Below are positions 39,188 through 49,914 of a DNA stretch of 64,000 bases, piece after piece. Below the pieces are notes generated by a model. The model was not told the origin of the DNA, ran no database searches, and saw nothing but the letters and a program-made list of their open reading frames with translations. Location: assembly GCA_041082215.1 (NCBI GenBank), contig JBDOIF010000047.1:1-64000 (forward strand), given 5' to 3'. Every line of letters starts with the position of its first letter. Positions within the stretch are counted from its first letter, which is position 1. A program made the position numbers and the translations under genes. The DNA comes from Anaerolineae bacterium. Its GTDB lineage: Bacteria; Chloroflexota; Anaerolineae; B4-G1; DUEL01.

Positions 39188-39355
39188 TCAGTGGCCCGTA
39201 TGCCAGGGGAGAGCACACGGCCCGGCGTTTCTGTCGGCGTTGTGCTCTCTCAACTTGAGATTGCCAGAGGTCGGCTGCGGAGCTAACCCCTGGCATTCCC
39301 TTCGCCGGTCCAAAGCTGGCTCAGGGACCGCAGGGCCGTCCGTGGTTCGGGGCCG

Positions 39356-39384
39356 TTGCTTTGTAGAGAAATCTGGTGTATAGT
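39356..39384 (+). promoter_or_regulatory. Probable promoter of the sigma factor gene
   Basis: TTGCTT, 17 bp spacer, TATAGT. Confidence 0.55.
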
Positions 39385-39402
39385 TGTCAGTGGGTTGAAG
39401 CG

Positions 39403-40653
39403 ATGGGAATGGATGAAGAGGCACTGCTGGAAGAGGAGTTTCAGGACATTCCGGAGCAGCCTGAGGATAGTGGCGTGGACCATCTCCTGGCCCTCGGCCG
39501 CGCTCAGGGCTATGTCACGTTTGACGACATCCTGAGCGTCTTCCCGGAGGTGGAGGAGAACCTGGATCAGCTTGAGGAGATCTTCGCCCTCCTGATAAAC
39601 GCGGATATTCCCATCGGCGAGCCGGAGGAGCTGGGATTGGGGGCTGCCGGGGAAGAGGAGGTAGAAGAGGAGGAAGAAGAAGAGGAAGAGCTGGAGCGGG
39701 AGGGCAGGATCACCACAGACGAGGAGACCTATTTCCGCGCCGTGGAGATAGACGACACCATCGGCCTTTACCTCAAGGAGATCGGCCAGGTCCCTCTGCT
39801 GACGCAGGAAGAGGAGGTGGAGCTGGCCAAACGGATGGAGCGTGGACGGCTGGCGGAAAAGGAGCTCCGGAAGGACGGGGTGGACCCGGAACGGCGCCGG
39901 GAGCTTCAGGCAGTGGTGGAGGACGGCCTGGCTGCCCGGGACCACCTCATCCGTGCCAACGCCCGACTGGTTATCTCGGTGGCGAAGAAGTACATCGGCC
40001 GTGGCGTTTCCTTTCTGGACCTCATCCAGGAGGGGAATATCGGTCTGATTCGCGCTGCCAACAAATTTAACTACCGATTGGGCCACAAGTTCTCAACGTA
40101 TGCGACCTGGTGGATCCGGCAGGCAGTCACGCGGGCCATTGCCGACCAATCCCGCACCATCCGCGTCCCCGTCCATATGGGGGATCAGATCAATCGCCTC
40201 CTGCGGGTCTCCCATCGGCTGACCCAGCAACTGGGCCGGGAGCCGACCAGCGAGGAGCTGGCGAAGGAGCTGGAGATCCCCACCCACAAGGCGGAGCAGA
40301 TGATCCGCTTTGCCCGTCGTCCGCTGAGCCTGGATATGCCGACGGATGACGAAGAGGAAAGCGTCCTTGGAGACTTCATCGAGGACGAGGAGGTGGTTGC
40401 CCCGCCCGATGCGGTAAGCTCCGGGATTCTCCGGGAGGTGCTGGAGGAGATCCTCCAGGACCTGCCACCACGCGAGGTGCGCATCCTCCAGTTACGGTAC
40501 GGCCTGGTGGACGGAGAGACGTACACGCTGGAGGAGGTGGGGAAGAAGCTGGGGGTGACCCGGGAGCGGGTACGGCAGATCGAGGCTCAGGCCCTGAGCC
40601 GGCTCCGGCATCCGATCCACGCGCGCAGACTGAAGGAGTTTCTGGGAGAATAG
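39403..40653 (+). CDS. rpoD: RpoD/SigA-type RNA polymerase sigma-70 factor
   Basis: Region 1.1 [60 protein letters not shown]. Confidence 0.92.
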   Translation: MGMDEEALLEEEFQDIPEQPEDSGVDHLLALGRAQGYVTFDDILSVFPEVEENLDQLEEIFALLINADIPIGEPEELGLGAAGEEEVEEEEEEEEELEREGRITTDEETYFRAVEIDDTIGLYLKEIGQVPLLTQEEEVELAKRMERGRLAEKELRKDGVDPERRRELQAVVEDGLAARDHLIRANARLVISVAKKYIGRGVSFLDLIQEGNIGLIRAANKFNYRLGHKFSTYATWWIRQAVTRAIADQSRTIRVPVHMGDQINRLLRVSHRLTQQLGREPTSEELAKELEIPTHKAEQMIRFARRPLSLDMPTDDEEESVLGDFIEDEEVVAPPDAVSSGILREVLEEILQDLPPREVRILQLRYGLVDGETYTLEEVGKKLGVTRERVRQIEAQALSRLRHPIHARRLKEFLGE

Positions 40654-40681
40654 TAGGGGCACGGCGTTGCCATGCCCCTAC
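40653..40681. repeat. GTAG-type REP palindrome between convergent genes
   Basis: GTAGGGGCA-CGGCGTTGCCA-TGCCCCTAC. Confidence 0.75.
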
Positions 40682-40686
40682 CATTT

Positions 40687-41565
40687 CTAGAACTCCCGCC
40701 AGAGCCGCCGCACGTCTACCTTCTTGCCCTGCTCCACCCGGTTGGCCAGCAGCCGCGCATAGGCGTCCTGGAGGTTGGAGACGCGCTCTTCTATCTTCCT
40801 CCCCTCGCGCGCCAGCAACGCCTGCCAGAGCACCATCAGCATGGTCATCAGGCTAGCCGTCGAGGGCAGCCCGACCGGCGTGTTGGCCGGGCAGACCAGT
40901 ATTCGGTCGGCGACCTGGGCTGGCGGAGAGACAGCGGATATGCTGACGGCGGCCGTCTGAGCTCCCCGTTCTTTGGCAAAGCGGAGGGCGGCGGCGGTGT
41001 CTATGCCAGTGCCGGGAACGCCGATGCCGATGACCAGGTCCTTTTCTCCTACATCCCATAGCTTCCGCACCACCTCCGCCGGGTCGGCGTCGGATGCGGC
41101 TGCCTTCAGGCCGACCGTCCGCAGATAATCGGCCAGCATTTCGGCCAGGCATCGGCCGCCAGCCTCGCCCAGCACCCAGACCCTTTCTGCTCTCAACAGC
41201 AGGTCCACCAGCTCTGCAGCCTGGTCGGTCACCTGGGCGACTGCGACCTCCAGGTTGTGGCGTTCGTTCTCCAGGAGAGCCCGTATGCGGTCCGCATCGC
41301 TTGCCGCCTCCTCGAAGCGTCCATAAGTGGCGGTCAGGTCCGCCTTGACGACCTGCTGGACCTCTCTGGAGAGCTCGCGATACCCTTCGTATCCGAGGGC
41401 CTGGGAAAAGCGGACCACGGTTGCGGCGTCCACACCGAGGGTCTGAGCCAGTTCGGTGGCGGTCATGAAAGCGACTTCCAGCTCGTGGCTGAGGATGAAC
41501 TCGCCCAGGCGTTTGAAGCTGGGGGTGAGGGAATCATATGCCTGCTTGATCCTTTCCCTGAACAT
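40687..41565 (-). CDS. MurR/RpiR-family transcriptional regulator
   Basis: LTPSFKRLGEFI and ELA...VDAATVVRFSQALGYEGY HTH, followed by a SIS domain. Confidence 0.9.
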   Translation of the reverse strand: MFRERIKQAYDSLTPSFKRLGEFILSHELEVAFMTATELAQTLGVDAATVVRFSQALGYEGYRELSREVQQVVKADLTATYGRFEEAASDADRIRALLENERHNLEVAVAQVTDQAAELVDLLLRAERVWVLGEAGGRCLAEMLADYLRTVGLKAAASDADPAEVVRKLWDVGEKDLVIGIGVPGTGIDTAAALRFAKERGAQTAAVSISAVSPPAQVADRILVCPANTPVGLPSTASLMTMLMVLWQALLAREGRKIEERVSNLQDAYARLLANRVEQGKKVDVRRLWREF

Positions 41566-41742
41566 CTTTCCCTCCTTTCAAAATTCTCCCACCAGAAGCA
41601 CAAGCAATCATTTGTGTATGGTTAATTATATACCATTTGGCCGATTTTTGCAAGAATACATAAAAAAGCTGCATCTGTTGGCTTTGCGGGGTTGACCCCT
41701 CTGCCAGGTCGTGCTATACTGATTGGGTGAGGAGGGAAAGGT

Positions 41743-42162
41743 ATGACGGGCGGGCTGGTGGAATTCCTGAGCCCAGAATGGGCTCGCCAGATGGTCGAGC
41801 TGGCGGAGCGGGCGCGCGCCGAGCTGGCCCGCTTCTCCGGGCAGGATGTTGGGTACGACGCCATCGCTCTCCACCTGCTCGATGAGTGGATCGAGCGCAT
41901 CCCCTCCCCCTCTCAGAAGCTGCGGCTTCTGTGGGTTGCCTTCCTGGGAGAGGTCTTTCGCCGCCGTCACGGCGGAGAATGGGTGATCCATCGGGACGAC
42001 GGTCAGCGGTTAGCCGTGCTCTGCCCGGCCGAGAGTGGGGGGGTGCGCAGGGTGGAGGTGGCGGCCCAGGTCGCCAACAGGCTGTCCAGCGGCTTCCTCG
42101 GCTCTCTGGCGCTCTTCTACACCCAGGAAAGCATCATGCTCAGGCAGCCAAAGGAGCTCTAG
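41743..42162 (+). CDS. Hypothetical protein
   Basis: ORF with SD and upstream TTGACC/TATACT promoter; FLGEVFRRRHGGEW motif. Confidence 0.7.
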   Translation: MTGGLVEFLSPEWARQMVELAERARAELARFSGQDVGYDAIALHLLDEWIERIPSPSQKLRLLWVAFLGEVFRRRHGGEWVIHRDDGQRLAVLCPAESGGVRRVEVAAQVANRLSSGFLGSLALFYTQESIMLRQPKEL

Positions 42163-42199
42163 CCAGCTCCCGGTGAGACCGGTTGGGGGACGCAGAGGA

Positions 42200-44623
42200 G
42201 TGAATCCCGGCCTCTTTTTGCTCTCTGCGGCGACCCTGGCCTTCGAGGTCAACCTGACCCGCATCTTCTCCATCGCTCAGTTCTATCACTTTGCCTTCAT
42301 GACGGTCAGTCTGGCGCTCCTGGGCTTCGGGGCCAGCGGCACTTTGCTGAGCCTGACCCCTGCCCTGGCCCGTCGCCCCGTCCGCACCCTGACCGCCCTC
42401 TCGTGGGGGGTCGCTCTGACGGCCGTCGGCTCTTACGGGCTGACCCTCCTGGTCCCCTTCGACTCCTTCCGCGTCGCCCTCGACCCTGGCCAGTGGGGGG
42501 TGCTCACGCTCCACTACCTGGCGCTTTCCACCCCTTTTCTCTGTGCGGGGACAGCGGTGGGCCTTCTCCTTACGATCCGGCCGGAGAGGATCGGGCGGAC
42601 CTATGCGGCGAATCTGGCTGGATCGGCGGCGGGTTGCCTCCTGGCAGTGGCAGCTCCACCGCTGATGGGGGCTGAAGGGGTCGTCCTCCTTTCTGCTGGC
42701 CTGGCCGGCCTGGCGGCCCTTCTCTTCTCCCTGAACCGGAGGCCTGCGACCTTCAGTCTGAAGCCCTTGCTCCCGCAGGCTGTCTTCGTCTTTGTCCTTC
42801 TCCTCACTGCTTTTCATCCTCCCACCTGGCTGGAGATCCGCCTTTCCCCCTATAAGGGCCTGAGCTATGCCCTCCGCTATCCGGACGCCCGGCTGGTCTT
42901 CCGGGGGTGGAACGGCTTTTCCCGGGTGGACGTGGTGGAGGCGTCGGCGATCCGCAGCCTGCCCGGCCAGGGGTTCGCCTGTTCCGGCCAGCCGCCTCCC
43001 CAGAGGGGCCTCTTCGTAGACGGGGACGACCTCAGCCCGATCACCCATATGGAAAGCCCGACCGCTCTGCGTCCGCTCACCAGTTGCCTGCTGACGGCGC
43101 TTCCCTACCGGCTGCGGCCCGATGCCCGCGTCCTGGTGATCGAGCCCCGGGGCGGCTTCGATCTGCTGGTGGCGCTGGCAGAGGGGGCAGAGCGGGTGAC
43201 TGCCGTCGAATCCAACCCCCTGGTGGTCCGGGCGGTGCAGGCCCAGGGGGACTGGGCAGGCGGCATTTACGATCTGCCCCAGGTGGAGCGGCACGAAGAG
43301 GAGGGGCGGGCTTTCCTTGCCCGGCCCGGCCCTTCCTACGATGTAATCCTCCTCTCTCTGACCAGCTCCTACCATCCCGTCACCTCCGGCGCCTACAGCC
43401 TGGCGGAGGATTACCGCTATACCGTGGAGGGTTTCACCGCTGCACTGGGCCGGCTGGAGGAGGGCGGGTTGCTGGTCGTAGTGCGCTGGCTGCAGGTCCC
43501 CCCCTCCGAGTCGCTGCGGGCCTTCGGGCTGGCGGTGGAGGCGGTGGAGCGGACGGGTGGCGACCCGGCTCGGAGCCTGGTGGCGCTGCGCAGCTATAAT
43601 CAGATGCTGATCCTGGCCCGGCGAGGGCCGTTCACCGCCCGCGAGCTGGAGCAGGTGCGCGCCTTCGCCGCCGCTGGCTCCTTCGACCTGGTCTACGCGC
43701 CGGATATCCGGCCGGAGGAGGTCAATCGGTTCAACATCCTCCCCTCTCCTGATGATTACCTGGCTTTCACCGGGCTGCTGGGGGCCAAGGACCGGGCCGC
43801 CTGGCTGGCGGACTATCCTTACGACGTGGCCCCGCCCACGGACGACCGCCCCTTTTTCGGCCACTTCTTCCGCTGGGGGCAGGTGGGGGAGGTCATGGCG
43901 ATGGCAGGCCACGTCTGGCAGCCCTTCGGCGGGGCGGGCTACCTGGTGCTGCTGGGGCTGCTGGGGGTGGCGGCAGTCGCTGCCGGGGGCATCATCCTGC
44001 TGCCGCTGGCCGGGCGGGGACCGGCCCGTTCCATCCTCCGGGGATCGGGCACCTTCCTGGCCCTTGTCCCTTTTGGATTTCTGGGGCTGGCTTACCTCTT
44101 CGTGGAGATCCCCCTTTTACAGCGCTTCGTCCTCTTCCTCGGCCATCCGACCTACGCAATGGCGACGGTGCTGGGGACGCTCCTGCTCTTCTCGGGGCTG
44201 GGGAGTCGGCTGTCGGGAAGGACGCCGCCGGGGCTGACCCTGATCGGGCTGGCAGGGCTGGTGCTGGTCTACCGGGCAGGGCTGCCGCTGCTTTCAGGCT
44301 CCCTGCTGGGGCTGCCCCTGGCGGGACGGCTGGCGGTCACGATCGGAGGGCTGGCCCCTCTGGGGATGCTGATGGGGATGCCCTTCCCCCAGAGCCTGAC
44401 GGCGCTGCAGGAAAGGACCCCCGGCCTGGTCGCGTGGGCCTGGGGGGTGAACGGGGCCTTCTCCGTCGTCGCCTCTGTTCTGGCGGCTCTGGTGGCCCTT
44501 TCCTGGGGATTCGGGGTGGTGCTGATAGCCGGCGCGCTCTGCTACCTGGGCGCCTGGGTCACCAGGGCGTGGGCCACTCATACCCCCCTTCGTGGCGATG
44601 TTCCTCCATACCCGGCCCGGTGA
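42200..44623 (+). CDS. Membrane-bound spermidine-synthase-like SAM-dependent methyltransferase
   Basis: N- and C-terminal TM bundles around [39 protein letters not shown] start at 42200 after GAGGA. Confidence 0.85.
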   Translation: MNPGLFLLSAATLAFEVNLTRIFSIAQFYHFAFMTVSLALLGFGASGTLLSLTPALARRPVRTLTALSWGVALTAVGSYGLTLLVPFDSFRVALDPGQWGVLTLHYLALSTPFLCAGTAVGLLLTIRPERIGRTYAANLAGSAAGCLLAVAAPPLMGAEGVVLLSAGLAGLAALLFSLNRRPATFSLKPLLPQAVFVFVLLLTAFHPPTWLEIRLSPYKGLSYALRYPDARLVFRGWNGFSRVDVVEASAIRSLPGQGFACSGQPPPQRGLFVDGDDLSPITHMESPTALRPLTSCLLTALPYRLRPDARVLVIEPRGGFDLLVALAEGAERVTAVESNPLVVRAVQAQGDWAGGIYDLPQVERHEEEGRAFLARPGPSYDVILLSLTSSYHPVTSGAYSLAEDYRYTVEGFTAALGRLEEGGLLVVVRWLQVPPSESLRAFGLAVEAVERTGGDPARSLVALRSYNQMLILARRGPFTARELEQVRAFAAAGSFDLVYAPDIRPEEVNRFNILPSPDDYLAFTGLLGAKDRAAWLADYPYDVAPPTDDRPFFGHFFRWGQVGEVMAMAGHVWQPFGGAGYLVLLGLLGVAAVAAGGIILLPLAGRGPARSILRGSGTFLALVPFGFLGLAYLFVEIPLLQRFVLFLGHPTYAMATVLGTLLLFSGLGSRLSGRTPPGLTLIGLAGLVLVYRAGLPLLSGSLLGLPLAGRLAVTIGGLAPLGMLMGMPFPQSLTALQERTPGLVAWAWGVNGAFSVVASVLAALVALSWGFGVVLIAGALCYLGAWVTRAWATHTPLRGDVPPYPAR

Positions 44624-45362
44624 GGGGGACGAAGGCCACGCCGCCCATGTTGTAGGCCTTCAGCTCCCCATCCGGCTCCTTGACGAACTTCCACAGGGTC
44701 TGATACCCCCCAGGAGGGCCGATGGGGATCACCATCCTCCCCCCCGGCGCCAGCTGGTCAACCAGCGGCGGGGGGACGTGATCCGGGGCAGCAGTGACGA
44801 TGATGGCGTCGAAGGGAGCGAATTCCTCCCACCCGTAGTAGCCGTCTCCCTGTTTGCAGTGGACCTGGTAGCCCAGCCGTCGGAGCCGTTCCTCGGCGCT
44901 CTGGGCCAGTTCGGGGATAATCTCGATGGAATAGACCTCGACCTCGGGGATGGAGGCAAGGACCGCAGCCTGGTAGCCGGAGCCTGTCCCGATCTCCAGA
45001 ACTTTATCTCCTGGTTTCAGCTCCAGAAGCTCGGTCATCAGGGCCACGATGTACGGTTGGGAGATGGTCTGGCCGAAGCCGATGGGGAGGGGGTAATCGC
45101 CGTAGGCATGATCCCGCTCATGTTCTGGTACGAAGAGGTGGCGAGGGACAGCCCGCATCGCTTCCAGCACTCGTTCGTCGGTGATCCCTCGGGCTCTGAT
45201 CGTCTCGATCACCATTCGCTCCCTTTGCTGGGTATAGAGAGCCTCGTCGCCAGATGGTGTTGGGGAGGGGGAGGGGGAAGCTGGCGACACGGGTTGTGAG
45301 GGAGTAAGGACGGTGCATCCGGCGAACAGGGCCAGAATCAAAAGTAACGCTCCCCTGCTCAT
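44559..45362 (-). CDS. pcm: Protein-L-isoaspartate O-methyltransferase with an N-terminal lipoprotein-like signal
   Basis: [31 protein letters not shown] and [11 protein letters not shown] motifs; N-terminal [11 protein letters not shown]. Confidence 0.93.
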   Translation of the reverse strand: MSRGALLLILALFAGCTVLTPSQPVSPASPSPSPTPSGDEALYTQQRERMVIETIRARGITDERVLEAMRAVPRHLFVPEHERDHAYGDYPLPIGFGQTISQPYIVALMTELLELKPGDKVLEIGTGSGYQAAVLASIPEVEVYSIEIIPELAQSAEERLRRLGYQVHCKQGDGYYGWEEFAPFDAIIVTAAPDHVPPPLVDQLAPGGRMVIPIGPPGGYQTLWKFVKEPDGELKAYNMGGVAFVPLTGPGMEEHRHEGGYEWPTPW

Positions 45363-45402
45363 CGCTCCTTTCATTTTAGCATTTTTCCCGTTTCCGCGCA
45401 AT

Positions 45403-45546
45403 CCTGAGGTTCGGACGTGAGTTCGGATACAGGCGCTCATCGGCCGCTTCTGACCTCACCCCATCCCCCTCATCCCACCCCCGGGAGGGGGTAGAGGGAG
45501 GGGTGAGGGTCGCTCTCCCACCCTGTTCGAACTCTTGTTCGAACCC
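45403..45546 (-). repeat. Composite intergenic repeat (copy of 54541-54728)
   Basis: Shares GGTGGGAGAGCGACCCTCACCCC and AGGTCAGAAGCGGCCG.TGAGCG..TCCGAAC with the 54.6 kb copy. Confidence 0.75.
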
Positions 45547-45561
45547 CACCGCAATCGCCTT

Positions 45562-46707
45562 TTACCGCACAGCCTCCAGCCAGACAACCGGCCAGGCGTC
45601 GGCGGCGATCTCCTGCGGTTCCCACCTCCCCACTTCGGCCAGCCAGATGGCGGATTCCCGCCAAAACGCCAGCCAGCGCCCATCTGGACTCCAGACCGGG
45701 TTGCTGCCCGGCCTCAGGCAGTGCTCCTCCACGCCGTCGGCGCGGAAGATGCACAGGCCCGCCTCTTCGGGGTCGGCCGCAGGCCAGACCGGGTAGGCCA
45801 GCCACTGTCCGTCCGGGCTCCAGACCGGTCCGCCGGGCCACCCGCCAACGCCGAGGGGTTCGTAAGGGTGCAGGAGCAGGGCTTTTCCCGCCTCCAGGTC
45901 GAACAGCCCGACGCCAAGCCGCCACCCCTCGCCGAAGTCGCCGCCCACCACCCAGGCCAGACGCTTCCCGTCCGGCGACCAGGCCGGGCTGGCGATTTTC
46001 TGGACAGGCAGCCCATAGGCTGCGGGGTCGAAGGGCCGAGGGCCTGCGTCCCAATCGTACAGCCAGGCCGTTCCACCCCGGTCGTAGGCGATGGTCCTAC
46101 CGTTCGGCGCGGGGTCTGGCAGGGCATTTGATTGGCCTCCCTCCTCCAGAACCCGGTACCCACTCCCGTCCAGCCGGACAGCGGTCAGAAAGCCGGTGCT
46201 GGGCCCCAGATCGGCGTCCTGGGGCCAGGAGCCGAAGATGAGGGTGTCCGGGCGGGCGGGCCACCACCGGGGGCAGCATTCAAGCCGGTCGGGTGTGTGG
46301 GTCAGGTTGTGCTGCTCGCCAGCAGTCAGGTCTATCAGCCACAGGTCTCCCTCCAGAGTGTACAGCGCCTGACTGCCATCGGGGGAAAGGAGGATGTCGG
46401 AGCGGTCCAGCATTTGCAGCGGCGTCCCATCTTCCCCCACCTTCCACAGCCCGTCGCCGTTGCCAAAGACGAGGCCAGGTGGGAGGCTGGAGGGTAGGGG
46501 GGTGTTGAAGACAGGAAGGCTGCTGGTGGGGGTCGGTCCGGAAGGCGGAGGGGGCGGTGTGGACGTGAAGCTGGGTCCGGCAGGTGGAGGGGGCGGCGTG
46601 GAGGTGGGCGTCGCTTCGATCCCCACTTCCAGCAACCCGCAGACGGTGAGCTGTGCTGCGAGAAGGATAAGGGGCAGAACACCCAGCAAAGAGCTTTCTT
46701 TTCTCAT
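45562..46707 (-). CDS. TolB/PD40-repeat beta-propeller lipoprotein
   Basis: Signal peptide with Cys; Pro-rich linker; repeated PxWSPDG motifs. Confidence 0.85.
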   Translation of the reverse strand: MRKESSLLGVLPLILLAAQLTVCGLLEVGIEATPTSTPPPPPAGPSFTSTPPPPPSGPTPTSSLPVFNTPLPSSLPPGLVFGNGDGLWKVGEDGTPLQMLDRSDILLSPDGSQALYTLEGDLWLIDLTAGEQHNLTHTPDRLECCPRWWPARPDTLIFGSWPQDADLGPSTGFLTAVRLDGSGYRVLEEGGQSNALPDPAPNGRTIAYDRGGTAWLYDWDAGPRPFDPAAYGLPVQKIASPAWSPDGKRLAWVVGGDFGEGWRLGVGLFDLEAGKALLLHPYEPLGVGGWPGGPVWSPDGQWLAYPVWPAADPEEAGLCIFRADGVEEHCLRPGSNPVWSPDGRWLAFWRESAIWLAEVGRWEPQEIAADAWPVVWLEAVR

Positions 46708-46748
46708 CTGTCCCTCCCTATTGACCGATTTGCGCCCATCCTAACACA

Positions 46749-47345
46749 TCAGAAGAGAAGGTCGCGGTCCCCCGTGATCGTCGGCAGCGGCCAGGGAGCA
46801 CGGGGAAGGTTAAGGGCAAGGTGTCGGTCCGCCGCCTCCGGCCGCTCACGGGCCAGCGCCAGAGCTTCTTCCAGCAGGACAGCAAGGTCTACAGGGGTCT
46901 GTTCGATGGGACGGGTTTCCAGCTCGGCCAGTTTGCGCAGGTCCGCCACCAGGCGGCTCAGCCTTCTGGCCTGCTCCTCGACACCGACCATCGCCTCGCG
47001 CCGGGCGACATCTGAGGGAGCCTCGGTCAGGTTGGCCAGAGCGACCCGCAGGGCGGTGAGAGGGTTCTTGAGCTCATGGTCGAGCCGCTGGAGGAAGCGT
47101 CGCCGGTCGTCGGCGGCCCGTTCCTGGGCGTGGAGAGCGGATATGCGTCGTGTTCGCTCCAGGAGGCCGTGGACCGCCCAGCCGGTGGCTAGCAGGAGGG
47201 AAAGGCCCAGGCCGGCCAGTGCTGTCAGAGCGGCCAGGTCGGCCCGCAGATAGAAAATGGGGTTGGCCTGGAGGTTATGGACCAGCAGCGAGGCCAGCAG
47301 CCCCAGTCCGGCCGGGAGCAGGATGAACAGGCGAAGTCCTTTCAC
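46749..47345 (-). pseudogene. Truncated sensor histidine kinase lacking the HATPase domain
   Basis: Two TM helices plus H-box DHELKNPLT; stops at GDRDLLF, just before the N-box; no continuation in the remaining 41 bp. Confidence 0.8.
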
Positions 47346-48055
47346 ATCCCTGCCTCCACCAGAGCGATAAAGCGGTAACCCTGACCGGGCACCGTCTCTA
47401 TGTACCTGGGATGGAGAGCATCATCGCCGAGCATTCGCCGCAGTTCAGCAACGCGCGTGTCCACCGTGCGCGTGCCGGCGGGGTAGTCCCAACCCCAGAC
47501 GGCATCCAGCAGTCGCTCCCGACTCAGAAGCTCGTCGGGATGGGTCATCAGGTATTCCAGTAGGGCGATAGCCTTTGGGGTAAGCGGCAGTTCCTGCCCC
47601 CCCAGCCAGACACGACGGGAGCGTCGGTCCAGGCGCAGTAAGCCGCTGGTCAGGAAACGGGCGGCGGTCAGGGGGGGCTGGCCAGGGCGGGCGCGGCGCA
47701 GCACGGCGCGGATGCGTGCTACAAGTTCGTAAGGGTCGAAGGGCTTGTTGAGGTAATCGTCGGCCCCTTCCTCCAGCGCCATAGCCCGCTCGGTGGACTC
47801 GCCCACCTGGGTAAGGAGGATGATGGGGGTCCAATCGCCCCGGCTTCGCAGGCGGCGCAACGCCTCGCGCCCATCCAGGCGGGGCATCAGCACATTCAGC
47901 ACAATGAGATCGGGCTGGACACGCGCAGCCTGCTGGATGGCTTCCTCCCCATCAGCAGCCACCGTCACGTCGAACCCGGCTCGATGGAGAAAGGGGGCCA
48001 GGCTCTCGGTGATGGCGGCTTCGTCGTCCACGAGGAGGATTTTCGGCGCACCCAT
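47342..48055 (-). CDS. OmpR-family response regulator with Asp-to-Asn change at the phosphoacceptor site
   Basis: ILLVDDE, LIVLNVLMP (normally LD), GADDYLNKPF and IETVPGQGY. Confidence 0.9.
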   Translation of the reverse strand: MGAPKILLVDDEAAITESLAPFLHRAGFDVTVAADGEEAIQQAARVQPDLIVLNVLMPRLDGREALRRLRSRGDWTPIILLTQVGESTERAMALEEGADDYLNKPFDPYELVARIRAVLRRARPGQPPLTAARFLTSGLLRLDRRSRRVWLGGQELPLTPKAIALLEYLMTHPDELLSRERLLDAVWGWDYPAGTRTVDTRVAELRRMLGDDALHPRYIETVPGQGYRFIALVEAGM

Positions 48056-48115
48056 CGGCTTCCTCCCAACGGGGCCGGGCCCTCTACGGTACGTGGGAGA
48101 TGAGAGACAAGAACG

Positions 48116-49183
48116 CTAGAGCAACCCCACCTGACTGTAATCCCCCAGGTTCATCTTGAACGCTTTCGGCTTGATGGGAGACCGGTTCAGGGTGACATTG
48201 CGGCCGATGAGGCTATCCTGAAGCCGGGCGGGGATATCCCGGATAACACTGTTTTCCAGCACGATGCACCGTTCGATCTCGCTGTTCTCGACCACCACAT
48301 CGTGGTAGATAGAGGTGAAGGGACCAATGTAGGAATTGACGATGCGGGTCCGCTCGCCGATGATTGTCGGCCCCCGCACCACGCTGTTGATGATCTCCGC
48401 TCCCTTCTCCACAATCACCCGGCTATCCACCTCCGAATCCCGATCCACGTATCCCTCGATGACGGGGGACAGCTCCTCCAGGACCAGGCTGTTGGCCTCC
48501 AGCATGTCGCCGGGACGGCCGGTGTCAATCCACCAGCCGCGGTGGATGTAGGGGAAGACTTTATAGCCGTGCTCCACCAGCCACTGGATGGCATCGGTGA
48601 TCTCCAGCTCCCCGCGCCAGGAGGGTTTGATCTCCTCCACAGCCTGGTGGATGTGATGGTCGAACATATAGATGCCCACCAGCGCCAGATCGGAGAGGGG
48701 GACCTTGGGCTTTTCCACCAGCCGGACGATCCGTCCCTCGCCGTTCAGTTCCGCCACACCGTACTGCTCGGGGTGTTCAACGCGGGTAAGGACGATCTGG
48801 GCGTTCCAGTCCGATTCCTGGAACTGGTGCACCAGCTCGCCGATCCCTCCCTGGATGACGTTATCGCCCAGGAACATCACAAAAGGCTCGTCGCCCAGGA
48901 AGTCCCGGCTTACTTTGACCGCATGGGCCAGCCCCAGCGGTTGTTCCTGATGGATGTAGGTGACCTGGATATCCCACCGCCCGCCTCGCCCGACGGCGGT
49001 CTTGATCTCCTCGGCCGTTTCGCCGACGACGATACCGATGTCGGTGATGCCGGCATCCCGGATGGCCTCGATGACCCGAAAGAGAATGGGCTTGTTGGCG
49101 ACGGGGATCAGTTGCTTGGCGCGGGTGTAGGTAAGGGGATAGAGACGGGTGCCCTTGCCACCGCTCAGGATCAGGCCTTTCAC
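48116..49183 (-). CDS. rmlA: Glucose-1-phosphate thymidylyltransferase, long form
   Basis: LSGGKGTRLYP, KQLIPVANKP, PSWRGELEITDA and WIDTG motifs; C-terminal hexapeptide repeats. Confidence 0.9.
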   Translation of the reverse strand: MKGLILSGGKGTRLYPLTYTRAKQLIPVANKPILFRVIEAIRDAGITDIGIVVGETAEEIKTAVGRGGRWDIQVTYIHQEQPLGLAHAVKVSRDFLGDEPFVMFLGDNVIQGGIGELVHQFQESDWNAQIVLTRVEHPEQYGVAELNGEGRIVRLVEKPKVPLSDLALVGIYMFDHHIHQAVEEIKPSWRGELEITDAIQWLVEHGYKVFPYIHRGWWIDTGRPGDMLEANSLVLEELSPVIEGYVDRDSEVDSRVIVEKGAEIINSVVRGPTIIGERTRIVNSYIGPFTSIYHDVVVENSEIERCIVLENSVIRDIPARLQDSLIGRNVTLNRSPIKPKAFKMNLGDYSQVGLL

Positions 49184-49225
49184 TGTGAACCTCCTCAGTC
49201 AGGATACAAGAGGCAGGATGGCGAG

Positions 49226-49891
49226 TTACTGGTAGTAGCCACCCAGCGAGACATCCCGGGGGGCGTTGGTCAGCACCGCCCCCACGACCCGCACGTGTAC
49301 CCGTTCCAGCAGCTCCTTTGCCCGCTGGGCGTGGTCCCGCCGGGTGCGGCCCGCGCTGACCACCAGCAGCAGCCCGTCCACTTTGGTCCCCAGGACGGCG
49401 GCGTCGGTCACCACCACGACCGGCGGAGCGTCGAAGAGGAGGATGTCGGCCCGCTGCCGCAGGACGGCGATGATCTCCTCCATCCGGCGGGAGCCGAGGA
49501 GGTCAGCCGGGTTGGGGGGAAGGGGACCGCTGGGCAAAAGCCACAGGTTCTCCACCCCTGTTTCGGCCAGCGGCGGGCTGCTCAGGGTCTCTGGCTCGAC
49601 GAACATCGTAGTCAGTCCTCGCTCGTTGGAGACCCCGAAAATGTGGTGAAGGCTGGGGTGCCGCAGGTCGGCGTCCACCAGAATGGTCCGCCGCTCCCCC
49701 TGGGCCATGGTCACCGCCAGGTTGGCCAGGGTGGTGGACTTCCCCTCGCCGGGCGCGGCGGAGGTGACCACCAGGGTTTCGATGGGCTTATCCAGCCCGG
49801 CGAAGGTGAGGTTGGTGCGCAAGGCCCGATAGGCTTCGGCGGCTGGAGAACGGGGATCGGTCAATGTGATCAGGTTGGGTTTTTGATTCAT
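49226..49891 (-). CDS. CpsD/CapB-family tyrosine-protein kinase
   Basis: AEAYRALRTN, Walker A GEGKST, VDADLR, FDAPP and C-terminal GGYY. Confidence 0.92.
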   Translation of the reverse strand: MNQKPNLITLTDPRSPAAEAYRALRTNLTFAGLDKPIETLVVTSAAPGEGKSTTLANLAVTMAQGERRTILVDADLRHPSLHHIFGVSNERGLTTMFVEPETLSSPPLAETGVENLWLLPSGPLPPNPADLLGSRRMEEIIAVLRQRADILLFDAPPVVVVTDAAVLGTKVDGLLLVVSAGRTRRDHAQRAKELLERVHVRVVGAVLTNAPRDVSLGGYYQ

Positions 49892-49914
49892 AGATGCACT
49901 CCATTTGTTTTTGG

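Noticed and set aside
46749..46751. Selenocysteine readthrough of the kinase TGA, prompted by selA in the window
   Set aside because: The downstream sequence does not continue as a HATPase domain, hits another stop within a few codons, and the next gene starts 41 bp away
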